Shown here: positions 24,254-33,900 of the stretch, piece by piece
Position numbering within the stretch: position 1 is the stretch's first letter
Layout of the letters: every line of letters begins with the position of its first letter
NCBI GenBank assembly: GCA_002503045.1
Contig: DAQW01000056.1
Coordinates: 575 to 41,036, forward strand
Length of the DNA stretch: 40,462 bases
Direction of reading: 5' to 3'
Source: Euryarchaeota archaeon UBA39
Lineage (GTDB): Archaea; Thermoplasmatota; Poseidoniia; Poseidoniales; Thalassarchaeaceae
Position numbers and translations under genes: made by a program
The notes under the pieces: generated by a model
The model's input: the letters and a program-made list of their open reading frames with translations, nothing else
Told to the model about the DNA's origin: nothing
Databases searched by the model: none

Positions 24254-27072
24254 AACCCATTCGTTTCAATACTATGATTGTGATTTCAATCATAATTCTG
24301 ATGTCTGTTCCGAATGGAATGGCACAAGAGAATGAAGATACGATATTAGAAATTGAGTTGGGATTTTGGGTTGGTGAAAATTGGAATCCCCTTCCAACAC
24401 CATTAGAATTTGAAGTAAAATTAATCGATCCGTGGACAGGACGTATCATCTATTATGAAACTGTTAATGATACCCAGATTCAAATCAATTTAGATGATGA
24501 AGAACCAATTAGACCGGAAATTAGAACACTAATAAATGGGACATACGTACAATATTTACCCACAATTAGTCCAAATTCATCTGAAATAACATATCTAAGA
24601 GTAAACATCTCTACAGTTTTCCAATTTAATGCAGAAGAACTCGATTCTTGGAAATATATTGGAAAGGAAAGTCTTGAATGGATTGTTGGAAATGATTCAT
24701 TGATTATTCCAGGTGGAGAAGGTTGGATCGAAACTATTTCCACAGAGGAAGAAGGACTAGTGACACGTAATTTATTATCTGTTAATTGCCAAATAAATGG
24801 AAATAATGATTGTGGATTAGACAATAAATGGCCTCCTTCTCAAGGGACCTTACGTATTATGGCCCAAGATACTGGTTGGAATGGAACGATTTTGGTGAGA
24901 CATTCTCCAAGTGGTTGGGAAGATATGATTACAGTCACTGGAGCATTAGATTACGATTTACCTAGAATTGAAAGTGGGCATTGGCATTTGTGGAGATTAA
25001 TCGATGGTGTTCCAGAATTACAATCTCACTCATTTGATGATGGTCTTTTTGAATCTCTGGACGCTTGGCTTTCATCTGATTCAAACACTAAAGTTTCTCA
25101 CGACTCAACAATTTCTCTAGATTTTGAGGAAGAAAATCAGAATACAGCATTTGGTAAAAATGCTGATTGGACAGCGAATTTTAGGCTGCCATCCCACATC
25201 GGCCATCCTATGTTTCCATCCTCAAATCTTGGAATAATGTATCAAATTGACAAATTTATTGGAAATTGGGATGGATTTGTTGATTCTGAAGAATCTGAAG
25301 CTTTCTCAGAAATTCTAGAATCATTAGGATGGAAGGATGCAGAAAACACAGGTTGTTGTTCACTAAATGGGGAATCGATGTTTACAAATGAAGCAATTTA
25401 CCCTACAGGAGCCCATATAGATCCAGCTATTGGGAATGTATTTGTCGATGGGATATCATGGGGATGGGATGAATCAGGAACAATAATCGGAAACGATACT
25501 GAATCCAATATTCAGATTCTTACTATTCCATTTAGAGGCGATATTAGGGATTCAGCAAATTTGACCATAGATTTACCGAATCAATGGGAATTAAGACATT
25601 CACCTCAGAAAGAAATAATCATTTCATCCGGAGAAAGTATATTCATCAATAGAAGTGATTTATCAGTCACGGGAGAAATCACCCTAAATATCAAAGAAAA
25701 TGATGCTCCAATACCTTCAATTTCAAGTAATTGGGCTACTGAAAAACATGTTATTCTTGATGGAAACCCTAGTCTAGTATTATCTTGTGAAGATACTGTT
25801 CAAGAAAATACTGAAAAAAGATGGAAAATGACTGACAAAAGAGGGTTCTCTCTTATTCAAGGAAAATATCTCAATTTTTCAACTGATTCGGAAATATTTT
25901 CAGAAGGAGATGACATACAAATAATAGGGGAATGTGTAGATTCTCATGGTTCAATTGGTTCAATTGAACGGAATCTGATTTTGGATGGCACTGCTCCTGA
26001 ATGGAATATGGTTCTCTTAGAAGATCATCCTCAATATTGGGCCCAAATTAACCATTCAATTGTAGAGTCAAATATTTCTATTAACGCAACAAGTACACTC
26101 ATTATTGATATAACCGGAGTTGATAATAATGGAGAAAATGTTTCAATAATTCTGACCTCAAACAGAAGTGAAGGGTGGATCAGAGAATCTGACGACCGTC
26201 TATTTTTTGCTGAGTTTTGGCCTCAAAGTGATGATGTGAATGGAATGCATATGAGTGTGGATGAAAGACACAAAGAACGAGAACCGGCAAAACGTTGGGT
26301 TCATGTTTCTATTTCTGATTCAGTGGGCAATTCTATTGAAAAGAATTGGACATTTACAAGTTTAGATCTCGGTTCTCCTGTCCCTAGACCTTCTTTAATT
26401 ATAGATGGAGAATTATTTGGGATTGAAAACATAGCTGATTCATCATCATTAATCGAAATTGATCTTGGAGATTCTTTTGATGATCTTAATTCAATCAATA
26501 GCATTTTGTGGACTGCAGAATTGAATGGATTACCTCTTTTTGAAAATAGAAGTTGGAATGATGTTTCTCGATTTTCAATTCCATCACTTGATTCAGGAAG
26601 ACATGATTTAGTAATTTCAGGAATTGATTTAGCGGGAAATATTGGACACCATAATATGATTATTGAGATTCATCCTATTACAACACCTACATTGTCAATT
26701 GGAGATATTATGGTTCCTACAGGTGTATTATCTGGACAATCAGGAGAAATTACAGTGATAGTATTCAATAAGGGTTCAGATTCTACAGATGCAGAAGTTT
26801 GCATCAAGAATCAATGTGAAATAATTAATGTAAATGGTGCAACTTTAGATGGCTTTGGAATGTCATCTGCAACTTTATCATTTGATTCTCTGCCATCCGG
26901 TTGGAGTGAGGTAACTGTGCATTGGTCCGTAGAAGGTTTGCCCTATTCTATTGATTCTACAACACCTTCTATTGAACCAGCCTGGAGAGAAAACGCACGA
27001 TTTTTAATCAAAATTATACTAATAGCGTATTGTCTTGGAACTTTGTTTGATAGACGGTTTGGGAGCACATAA
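24244..27072 (+). CDS. Large secreted surface protein with signal peptide and C-terminal TM anchor (possible S-layer or adhesin glycoprotein)
   Basis: 942-aa ORF with an N-terminal hydrophobic leader ending in NGMAQE, many N-x-S/T sequons and a C-terminal hydrophobic anchor (FLIKIILIAYCLGTLF) followed by a short basic tail. Confidence 0.7.
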   Translation: MGVKPIRFNTMIVISIIILMSVPNGMAQENEDTILEIELGFWVGENWNPLPTPLEFEVKLIDPWTGRIIYYETVNDTQIQINLDDEEPIRPEIRTLINGTYVQYLPTISPNSSEITYLRVNISTVFQFNAEELDSWKYIGKESLEWIVGNDSLIIPGGEGWIETISTEEEGLVTRNLLSVNCQINGNNDCGLDNKWPPSQGTLRIMAQDTGWNGTILVRHSPSGWEDMITVTGALDYDLPRIESGHWHLWRLIDGVPELQSHSFDDGLFESLDAWLSSDSNTKVSHDSTISLDFEEENQNTAFGKNADWTANFRLPSHIGHPMFPSSNLGIMYQIDKFIGNWDGFVDSEESEAFSEILESLGWKDAENTGCCSLNGESMFTNEAIYPTGAHIDPAIGNVFVDGISWGWDESGTIIGNDTESNIQILTIPFRGDIRDSANLTIDLPNQWELRHSPQKEIIISSGESIFINRSDLSVTGEITLNIKENDAPIPSISSNWATEKHVILDGNPSLVLSCEDTVQENTEKRWKMTDKRGFSLIQGKYLNFSTDSEIFSEGDDIQIIGECVDSHGSIGSIERNLILDGTAPEWNMVLLEDHPQYWAQINHSIVESNISINATSTLIIDITGVDNNGENVSIILTSNRSEGWIRESDDRLFFAEFWPQSDDVNGMHMSVDERHKEREPAKRWVHVSISDSVGNSIEKNWTFTSLDLGSPVPRPSLIIDGELFGIENIADSSSLIEIDLGDSFDDLNSINSILWTAELNGLPLFENRSWNDVSRFSIPSLDSGRHDLVISGIDLAGNIGHHNMIIEIHPITTPTLSIGDIMVPTGVLSGQSGEITVIVFNKGSDSTDAEVCIKNQCEIINVNGATLDGFGMSSATLSFDSLPSGWSEVTVHWSVEGLPYSIDSTTPSIEPAWRENARFLIKIILIAYCLGTLFDRRFGST

Positions 27073-27088
27073 TTCCGTACGCTTCATC

Positions 27089-28861
27089 ATGGTTGAGTAT
27101 CTGTTCGATCCCATGCAGACGACGGAGGCGGCTCTAGACCCCGTCGAAAAGGCACTAGAGACATGGAATTCAAAACCAGATAAATTCGGTATTGGGATAA
27201 TCTTTGGTTGTATTATTCTAGGAGCATACTCTGCTTTCCCAGGTTTGCAAAATGGATTAAGTTCAGGATCTATTTTCCCATTATTATTCCTTGCAGGAGC
27301 CGCTTTATTAGTTTCAGAAATTATACAAAATGGGCCAGAACAACGTACCCGAATTGCTACAATTTCAGGATTAATTGGTCCTTTGCTTGCAATCGCAGGA
27401 ATTCAATCACTAACTAACCAAATAGAAAATTTCCATCAGATTGCAGGGGGAATTGGGTGGATTATTGCTGGAACCATTTTATTCAGTTGTAACGCATTTA
27501 TTTTACAGAATGAAGAAAATATTGGAGTGATCAGGTATAGGGCATTAACTCGATTAATGGGTATGGCAATTGCAACTGCTTGGATAATTTCAAATTCAAA
27601 AGATCATCTTCTAATTTACTTCTTATTTCCGATAATAATTTCATCTCTAATTTTCTCTTTAGATCTACGATTGGGGAAAAATGAACGAAAACTAAAACGA
27701 AAATTTTCTAATCGATATGATTCCATACAATTACGAATTCTTGAAGTCAGATCCTCTGGGGCAATCATTGATCAGTCTGCTTCTCTACTAAAAAGGGCAA
27801 ATGAAGTTGGATGGACAGATTTTACAGAAGGAATGAAATTATTAGATGCTGCAGAAGATGATATTGAACGTACACTATCTCTTTCTAAAGATATTACTGC
27901 TATAGAGGAAGATGCTGAAAAATCTGTAAATCTCTCAGAAGAAATCGCCCCTAGAACCGAACGAGCAAGGAAAGCAATGTTACAAGGAAAAAGAGAAGCT
28001 GAACTTGGAAGTTTAAGAGAGGCAGAACAATTATTCAGAATGGCTAAAGTTAGAGCATCAGATATTATCGAACATTGGAAAAATGCTGAAATTGTCTTAC
28101 AAAATGCTCAGGATGCAATTGTAGAGTTATCAGGCTCTGATTTAGAAAGAATTCAGTCATTAATGGATGCTGCAAATGATGCGATGGATAGAGAAAATCC
28201 TGGTGAAGCACTAATTATTGGAAAAGCAATACCGGGACATGTTGCTAATTTAGGAGAAGCAATGGATGCTGCAATTTCAAAGGTGGAAGAGGCCAAAGAA
28301 ATTCTATCAAAAACCGATGGATTAGATACATCAATTTGGGATGAGATGCAAGCAAACGCAGAAAAAGCACTGGACGAAGGTAATGGATCCATGGCAAGAG
28401 GGTTAGCTGATTCTATTATTCGAGAAATAACTGCAACAGAAGAAGCAAAGTCCTCGATGCAAAGAGCTCTGAGGCAAAGAAAAACGCTGCGAAAACGTTG
28501 GGAAGGACATCAACAAGAGAGTGAATGGGAAGAACGATTACAAGAGATTCTCAAACAAACAAAAAATGGTAAATGGAGAATTGCTCTTGAAAAAATGGAC
28601 GCTTTAACTTCAGATTTAGATGCTATGAATGCTGCAAAAGGTGATGCTGAAGAAATGTTAGAATTTATCGAAAAAGAATGGAAGACGATAAGAAATAAAC
28701 TAGAATCAGTAGGAATTGGACCGGAAGATCAAGAACGTCTCAACTGTGAGTCCTCAGTTTCAAAAGCAAGAAATTCATTAGAAAAAGGAGATATTGATTC
28801 CTGTCTGAAATCATTGGGAGATGCAGATGGAATTATGGAACGCCTAAGAAGAAGATTTTGA
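27089..28861 (+). CDS. Polytopic membrane protein with a long alpha-helical / coiled-coil C-terminal domain
   Basis: About six N-terminal hydrophobic segments, then roughly 380 aa rich in Ala, Glu and Lys with recurring A..A(L/M)(D/E).G motifs. ATG at 27089 avoids overlap with the upstream gene. Confidence 0.65.
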   Translation: MVEYLFDPMQTTEAALDPVEKALETWNSKPDKFGIGIIFGCIILGAYSAFPGLQNGLSSGSIFPLLFLAGAALLVSEIIQNGPEQRTRIATISGLIGPLLAIAGIQSLTNQIENFHQIAGGIGWIIAGTILFSCNAFILQNEENIGVIRYRALTRLMGMAIATAWIISNSKDHLLIYFLFPIIISSLIFSLDLRLGKNERKLKRKFSNRYDSIQLRILEVRSSGAIIDQSASLLKRANEVGWTDFTEGMKLLDAAEDDIERTLSLSKDITAIEEDAEKSVNLSEEIAPRTERARKAMLQGKREAELGSLREAEQLFRMAKVRASDIIEHWKNAEIVLQNAQDAIVELSGSDLERIQSLMDAANDAMDRENPGEALIIGKAIPGHVANLGEAMDAAISKVEEAKEILSKTDGLDTSIWDEMQANAEKALDEGNGSMARGLADSIIREITATEEAKSSMQRALRQRKTLRKRWEGHQQESEWEERLQEILKQTKNGKWRIALEKMDALTSDLDAMNAAKGDAEEMLEFIEKEWKTIRNKLESVGIGPEDQERLNCESSVSKARNSLEKGDIDSCLKSLGDADGIMERLRRRF

Positions 28862-29641
28862 TTAAATTTTGAAATCTGCAACTACAGGGGCATGATCTGA
28901 AACTTGCAGCCCACCTGCTCGAACTATCTTTGAACCTTGGAAACAATTTCTTGCTGCTTCATTGCCCAGAATGTAATCAATACGCCATCCTTTGTCTTCC
29001 TCTCTTGCCCTACCTCGATTTGACCACCAAGAATACGGCCCTTGAGTTGGGCCCCAATCCTCTCTACAAAGGTCATACCATCCTGAATCAAGAAGACGTC
29101 CGAACCATTCACGTTCTTGAGGAAGAAATCCAGAAGTCATACGATTTGATCTCGCATTCCAAATATCTATTTCTTGATGAGCAATATTTAGATCACCTGC
29201 AATTACTACAGGAAAATCTATTTTCAAATTTGGAGAAAGCCATGCAAGCCAGTCTTCCATCCATTTTTCCTTATATTGCTGACGATCATCTCTAGCAGAT
29301 CCACTGGGAAGATATGTATTGATACAACGAATTCCAGGATGTTCAGTGACCAGAATTCTACCCTCAATATCTGTAGGATCTTCAGCTCTTTCCATTCCTT
29401 TCCCTAATATCTCCATTTCAATCTTGGACCATGTTGAGACTCCTGAATACCCTTTCTTTTCGGCAGGGTGCCAGACTAACTCAAATCCCTTGGGTGGAAC
29501 CCAATTAGAAGGAAGTTGTTCAGGGAAGGCTCGGACTTCTTGAAACATCCAAATATCTGCATCTATAGTCTCTATGAAATCATCTAATCCTTTCCGAATA
29601 GCTGCACGAATCCCATTAAGATTCCAAGAAACAATTCTCAT
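28862..29641 (-). CDS. xth: Exodeoxyribonuclease III (AP endonuclease)
   Basis: MRIVSWNLNGIRA, QEV, GDLNIAH and a C-terminal SDHAPV motif. Confidence 0.9.
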   Translation of the reverse strand: MRIVSWNLNGIRAAIRKGLDDFIETIDADIWMFQEVRAFPEQLPSNWVPPKGFELVWHPAEKKGYSGVSTWSKIEMEILGKGMERAEDPTDIEGRILVTEHPGIRCINTYLPSGSARDDRQQYKEKWMEDWLAWLSPNLKIDFPVVIAGDLNIAHQEIDIWNARSNRMTSGFLPQEREWFGRLLDSGWYDLCREDWGPTQGPYSWWSNRGRAREEDKGWRIDYILGNEAARNCFQGSKIVRAGGLQVSDHAPVVADFKI

Positions 29642-29645
29642 AACC

Positions 29646-30659
29646 TTAGGCCTCTAAATCTTCAGACCAATTTCCAAATCGTGCTAGATGAGCCATTTGA
29701 CATCTATGGGCAAAGACAGAGTGTGCAATAGATAGATCATCTTGATTTTCAGCCCATGTCTTGAGAGTAGATGCTTGCAATGCTCTACCATAAGAATATG
29801 ATAATTCAAAGGGATGTGGCCCCATATTATTCATTTCATTAAGATGAGCAGTCGCTTCTACCTCAGTCTGGCCTCCTGACAAGAACACAATTCCAGGAAT
29901 TTGGTGTGGAACATGATTGTGAAGAAGATCTATTGTCATTTTAGCACATGTTTTTACATCAATTCTTTGAGAATGATCGTTTCCTGGAAGTATCATATTT
30001 GGCTTCAATAAAGCCCCTGGAAGATAGACGCCCTGGGTTTCACAAGCCGCCCAAGTAGCATCTAAAACTGCAGAGGTTACCTCAAAACAACGCTTAGCTG
30101 AGTGATTACCTTCCATCAACACTTCTGGCTCAATAATTGGAACCAAGCCTTGTTCTTGACAAATAGCAGAATATCGGGCAAGAGAGTGAGCATTCGTAGA
30201 AATGCAAGCTTCAGAAGGTAGGCCTTCTCCAATTCTAATCACTGCACGCCATTTTGCAAATCTGGCTCCCATGCTAAAATATTCGGCACATCTTTCCCTT
30301 AAGCCATCTAGACCTTCGGTAACGGTTTCATTTTCATGGGCTGCTAAAGGCTTTGCACCAGTATCTACTTTAATTCCTGGAAGTACCCCTATAGAATGTA
30401 AAAAATCTGGAATAGAGGTCCCATCAACTGCTGTTTGTCGAATTGTTTCATCATACAGAATTACTCCACTGATTGCATCTGCCATGGTAGGCATTGCAAA
30501 CAAGTTTGCTCTGTATGCATTTCTGGACTCAGGAGAAGAAGAGACTCCCACTCCTTCAAGCCTTTTTGACATAGTTCCATTACTCTCATCTGCGGCTAGA
30601 ATCCCCCTACCTGGACTTACGAGGTAATTCGCAGTCTGTTCCAACAAGTCAGTATCCAT
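29646..30659 (-). CDS. fba: Fructose-bisphosphate aldolase, classical class I type
   Basis: GILAADESNGTMSKRL and the Schiff-base lysine region LLKPNM, plus a SYSYGRALQ C-terminal region. ATG at 30659 is preferred; the track start at 30674 is TTG. Confidence 0.85.
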   Translation of the reverse strand: MDTDLLEQTANYLVSPGRGILAADESNGTMSKRLEGVGVSSSPESRNAYRANLFAMPTMADAISGVILYDETIRQTAVDGTSIPDFLHSIGVLPGIKVDTGAKPLAAHENETVTEGLDGLRERCAEYFSMGARFAKWRAVIRIGEGLPSEACISTNAHSLARYSAICQEQGLVPIIEPEVLMEGNHSAKRCFEVTSAVLDATWAACETQGVYLPGALLKPNMILPGNDHSQRIDVKTCAKMTIDLLHNHVPHQIPGIVFLSGGQTEVEATAHLNEMNNMGPHPFELSYSYGRALQASTLKTWAENQDDLSIAHSVFAHRCQMAHLARFGNWSEDLEA

Positions 30660-30706
30660 GTTACGTGCACTCAAAATGGGTCCTTGAAAGGTTCGACGAG
30701 ATACAG

Positions 30707-31660
30707 TCAGATTGGATATGAACGTGAAGTCTGAGTTCTGTTCCTCTTTTTGACATCAATAATTTCGCTATGGACTTCAGCATGACCATTACTAAAATTA
30801 ACTCCTGGAAGATATCCAGAACAAACGCCACTTGCTACGAAAATTGAATCATCAGACATGCATAAATCATTTCTTTGCCAAATACGTTCTATGTCTCCAT
30901 CAATCATTTCCTCTGCTCTCTCTCTATGTCCTTCATTTCGAAATACTAGTTTACCTTCAAAGTGAGCACCCAAGCCTCGAAGGGCTGTTGCAGTAATTAC
31001 TCCTTCAGGTGCTGCTCCAACACCCATCAAAAGATCAACTTCTGATTCAGGATTCGCAGCATCCAATGCAGCAGAAACATCGCCATCACCAATTAAGCGA
31101 ATGCGTACATCTAATTCTCTAAGTTCTTTAATCAAATTCTCGTGTCTGGGACGATCCATAACTACTGCTAAAATATCTCTAATTGGTTTATCTAATGCGG
31201 ATGCTGCTTCTTCAATATTGTAAGAAACATCTGCTTCAAGTGAAAGTCTACCACATAATTCTGCAGGACCGGCTATTTTGTCCATATAACAATCAGGAGC
31301 ATGAAGTAATGTTCCTCGAGGCGCTGCTGCGAGAACTGCGATTGCATTTGGGGAATCTTTAGCACAATGATTGGTACATTCAAGAGGGTCTACAGCAATA
31401 TCAATTCTTAATGCCCCGGGATCGTCTTGTCGATTCCCTAGAGGTTCTCCAATCCACAACATTGGTGCATCATCTCGTTCACCTTCACCAATTGCAACTC
31501 GGCCATCAAATGGTACATCGTCGAAAACTGCCCTCATGGCTTCAACTGCTGCCCCATCAGCAAGTTTTCCCTCACCTCTACCTCTCCATTTAGCAGCTGC
31601 AATTGCCGCTTTTTCGGTCGCTAAAAGAAATGACTCTGCTAGATCTGCAGTACCTGCCAT
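30707..31660 (-). CDS. glpX: Fructose-1,6-bisphosphatase class II (GlpX)
   Basis: The N-terminus MAGTADLAESFLLATEKAAIAAAKWRGRGEGKLADGAAVEAMR aligns with the GlpX N-terminus. DPLECTN and GGAPEGV-like motifs are present. The track start at 31765 would overlap moaC. Confidence 0.85.
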   Translation of the reverse strand: MAGTADLAESFLLATEKAAIAAAKWRGRGEGKLADGAAVEAMRAVFDDVPFDGRVAIGEGERDDAPMLWIGEPLGNRQDDPGALRIDIAVDPLECTNHCAKDSPNAIAVLAAAPRGTLLHAPDCYMDKIAGPAELCGRLSLEADVSYNIEEAASALDKPIRDILAVVMDRPRHENLIKELRELDVRIRLIGDGDVSAALDAANPESEVDLLMGVGAAPEGVITATALRGLGAHFEGKLVFRNEGHRERAEEMIDGDIERIWQRNDLCMSDDSIFVASGVCSGYLPGVNFSNGHAEVHSEIIDVKKRNRTQTSRSYPI

Positions 31661-31685
31661 GATTGATACGAGATGAAGCCAGTGT

Positions 31686-32144
31686 CTAAACATGACCATT
31701 GGCTTTTTTCTTTTGAACAACTCTAATACCGTGGATTTCAGTTTTAGGATATTGTCCAAAATCATCTTTTTCGATTGATTTTACCATATCTAAGACACAA
31801 AGAAGTCCTACTGAAACTGAATTCAATGCTTCCATTTCTACTCCTGTTTTCCAATGAGCTGAAACAGTCACATTACAAATCAAATCATTCTCATCCCAAA
31901 CCCATTCTACAGAACATGATTCCAGAGGAATGGGGTGGCAATGTGGGATTGCACGAGGTGTCTCTTTAGCAGCTTGAATTGCTGCAATCGTACTCGCTTC
32001 AAGCACATCTCCTTTCTGAACTTTTTTTGTAATAATTGCATTTTTTGATTCAGAGGACATAGAAAGGCGTCCTGTAGCAACTGCAACCCTTTCGACAATT
32101 GGTTTATGCCCTATAGAAATAATAGCGTCTGTCCGTTTATTCAA
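31686..32144 (-). CDS. moaC: Cyclic pyranopterin monophosphate synthase MoaC
   Basis: MoaC core (GHKPIVERVAVATGRLSM ... AAKETPRAIPHCHPIPL ... TGVEMEAL). The proposed TTG start at 32144 overlaps the moaE stop as TTGA and follows GGAGGG. The track ORF start at 32237 would overlap moaE by about 97 nt. Confidence 0.8.
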   Translation of the reverse strand: MNKRTDAIISIGHKPIVERVAVATGRLSMSSESKNAIITKKVQKGDVLEASTIAAIQAAKETPRAIPHCHPIPLESCSVEWVWDENDLICNVTVSAHWKTGVEMEALNSVSVGLLCVLDMVKSIEKDDFGQYPKTEIHGIRVVQKKKANGHV

Positions 32145-32593
32145 CCCAATCCCTCCTTCCAATGAGCTCCGTCTTCGCGATTCTCTTTCTTCCAAAGAGG
32201 TGCTTGGGATTTGAGGGAATCGATTAACCATGAACATGCCTGAAATGCCTCTTTTCGGTGTCTTGAAGCAACATGTATTGCTACAATTGGTTCTTCAGGC
32301 CCCACATTACCAACTCTATGAGCTATTGCCACAGATGAAACACCAAATTCTTCCAAAGACCTTTTGGCTAAATCTTCTAAAACTTTAGGCAACTGTTCTT
32401 CCCATGCATCAAAATCAAGAGAATAAACTTTGATTCCATCTTCTTCCCCCCTAGTTAATCCAGTAAACGAAACTACGGCACCAGAACCTGAAACTTCTAA
32501 CTTCTTAAGAAGTTGATTTGGATCAAGATTTTCGGACTCAATCCGGACTGTCACCCTTTCTCCCATTGATGATGCATAGATTGGGAGGACCAT
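32141..32593 (-). CDS. moaE: Molybdopterin synthase catalytic subunit MoaE
   Basis: GAVVSFTGLTR, AHRVGNVGPEEPIVAIHVASRHRKEAF and PLWKKE motifs. Confidence 0.85.
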   Translation of the reverse strand: MVLPIYASSMGERVTVRIESENLDPNQLLKKLEVSGSGAVVSFTGLTRGEEDGIKVYSLDFDAWEEQLPKVLEDLAKRSLEEFGVSSVAIAHRVGNVGPEEPIVAIHVASRHRKEAFQACSWLIDSLKSQAPLWKKENREDGAHWKEGLG

Positions 32594-32631
32594 GAGCGCT
32601 TCGGAGGATTCATGTCTCCGATAGTAAGTGG

Positions 32632-33882
32632 ATGGATGAGGACAGATACATGACTGATGATGAAGTCGTGCGCATTCGAGGAGCCGGATTATCGGGCCTT
32701 GCTGCGGCTACAATTCTAGCAAAGGCTGGAAAAAAGGTAGAAGTTCATGACATTAGAGGGGATTCAGGTGCTCGATTTGATGGTGATTTTCAAGGACTTG
32801 AAAATTGGACCTCTTCAAATGATTTTTTTGATGAAATGCGTGCTTGGGGTCTTGATCCTGAAGCCTTCAAATCCAATGAATTTCAGGAATTATCATTAAT
32901 CCATCCTGATAATATAGTTACAGTTGCAAAAAGCCACAAAATCGCATATAGAATAGTTGAAAGAGGAACTGATGAACATTGTATCGATCAAGGATTTAAG
33001 CGAATGGCTTTAGAAGCAGGGGCTACTATCCACTATAAATCAAAAATTTCACCCGAAGAATGTACAATTATTGCAGCAGGTCCAAAGGATACCAGTGCTA
33101 TTGCTTTTGGTGAAGTTTTCAAAACCTCATATCCAAACCATGTAGCCTTCCAACTTAATGATAAATTAGCTCCAGGAGCGTATTCTTATCTCATCATTAT
33201 TGATGGAGTTGGATTAATTTGCACATGTCTTTGGAGAAAACAAAAAAATTCAAATCGTTATCTGAATGAAACAATTGCTTGGTACGAAAATGCCTACCCT
33301 GAATTAGATCGAGAACCAATTAAACGTGTGGGCGGAAAGGGGGATTTCAGTATCCCATCAACCTATTTTTCTAATGGCCAATATTTTGTCGGCGAAGCTG
33401 GAGGACTTCAAGACTTCATGTGGGGATTTGGGATGAGATATGCCATAACCAGTGGAGTTATGGCAGCAAATTCAATATTATCTGGTTCAGATTACGATGC
33501 AGAAATAAAGAAAAAACTACTTCCGTTAATCAAATTAAGTGCCACTAATCGAATGTTACTTGATCGAATTGGAGATAGAGGTTTCAAATGGTTAGCTAAT
33601 TACTGGATGAAACATCAACGAAAAAATGGAGGTAATGGATTGCTTTTCATGGAACAAATATATCGTCCAGGAATAATCAGAAGAGTGCTTTGGCCCTTTA
33701 CCAACAGAATTCTACTAAAGAAAACCAAATATTCTGACGGAAGGAAGGGAAGAAGAATGCCTTTCAGAAAAGCATTGAAGAGAGATAAATGGGAAATGAG
33801 TAAACGTGGCAAAGAAATATCAGAAGAATGGAAAGAAATCCGTTCATCTGGGGGTAAAGTTTCGTTCTCAGAATCTGACTGA
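32632..33882 (+). CDS. FAD-dependent oxidoreductase (geranylgeranyl reductase-like family) with a basic C-terminal tail
   Basis: Rossmann dinucleotide motif VRIRGAGLSGLAAATILAKAGKKVEVHD and a later GEAGG motif. Substrate unknown. Confidence 0.7.
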   Translation: MDEDRYMTDDEVVRIRGAGLSGLAAATILAKAGKKVEVHDIRGDSGARFDGDFQGLENWTSSNDFFDEMRAWGLDPEAFKSNEFQELSLIHPDNIVTVAKSHKIAYRIVERGTDEHCIDQGFKRMALEAGATIHYKSKISPEECTIIAAGPKDTSAIAFGEVFKTSYPNHVAFQLNDKLAPGAYSYLIIIDGVGLICTCLWRKQKNSNRYLNETIAWYENAYPELDREPIKRVGGKGDFSIPSTYFSNGQYFVGEAGGLQDFMWGFGMRYAITSGVMAANSILSGSDYDAEIKKKLLPLIKLSATNRMLLDRIGDRGFKWLANYWMKHQRKNGGNGLLFMEQIYRPGIIRRVLWPFTNRILLKKTKYSDGRKGRRMPFRKALKRDKWEMSKRGKEISEEWKEIRSSGGKVSFSESD

Positions 33883-33900
33883 TAGTGTACTCAAGTTCTT

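Noticed and set aside
27035-27088. The track start at 27035 for the membrane/coiled-coil protein, overlapping the 942-aa gene by 38 nt.
   Set aside because: ATG at 27089 is in frame, removes the overlap, and leaves a sensible N-terminus (MVEYLFDPMQ...).
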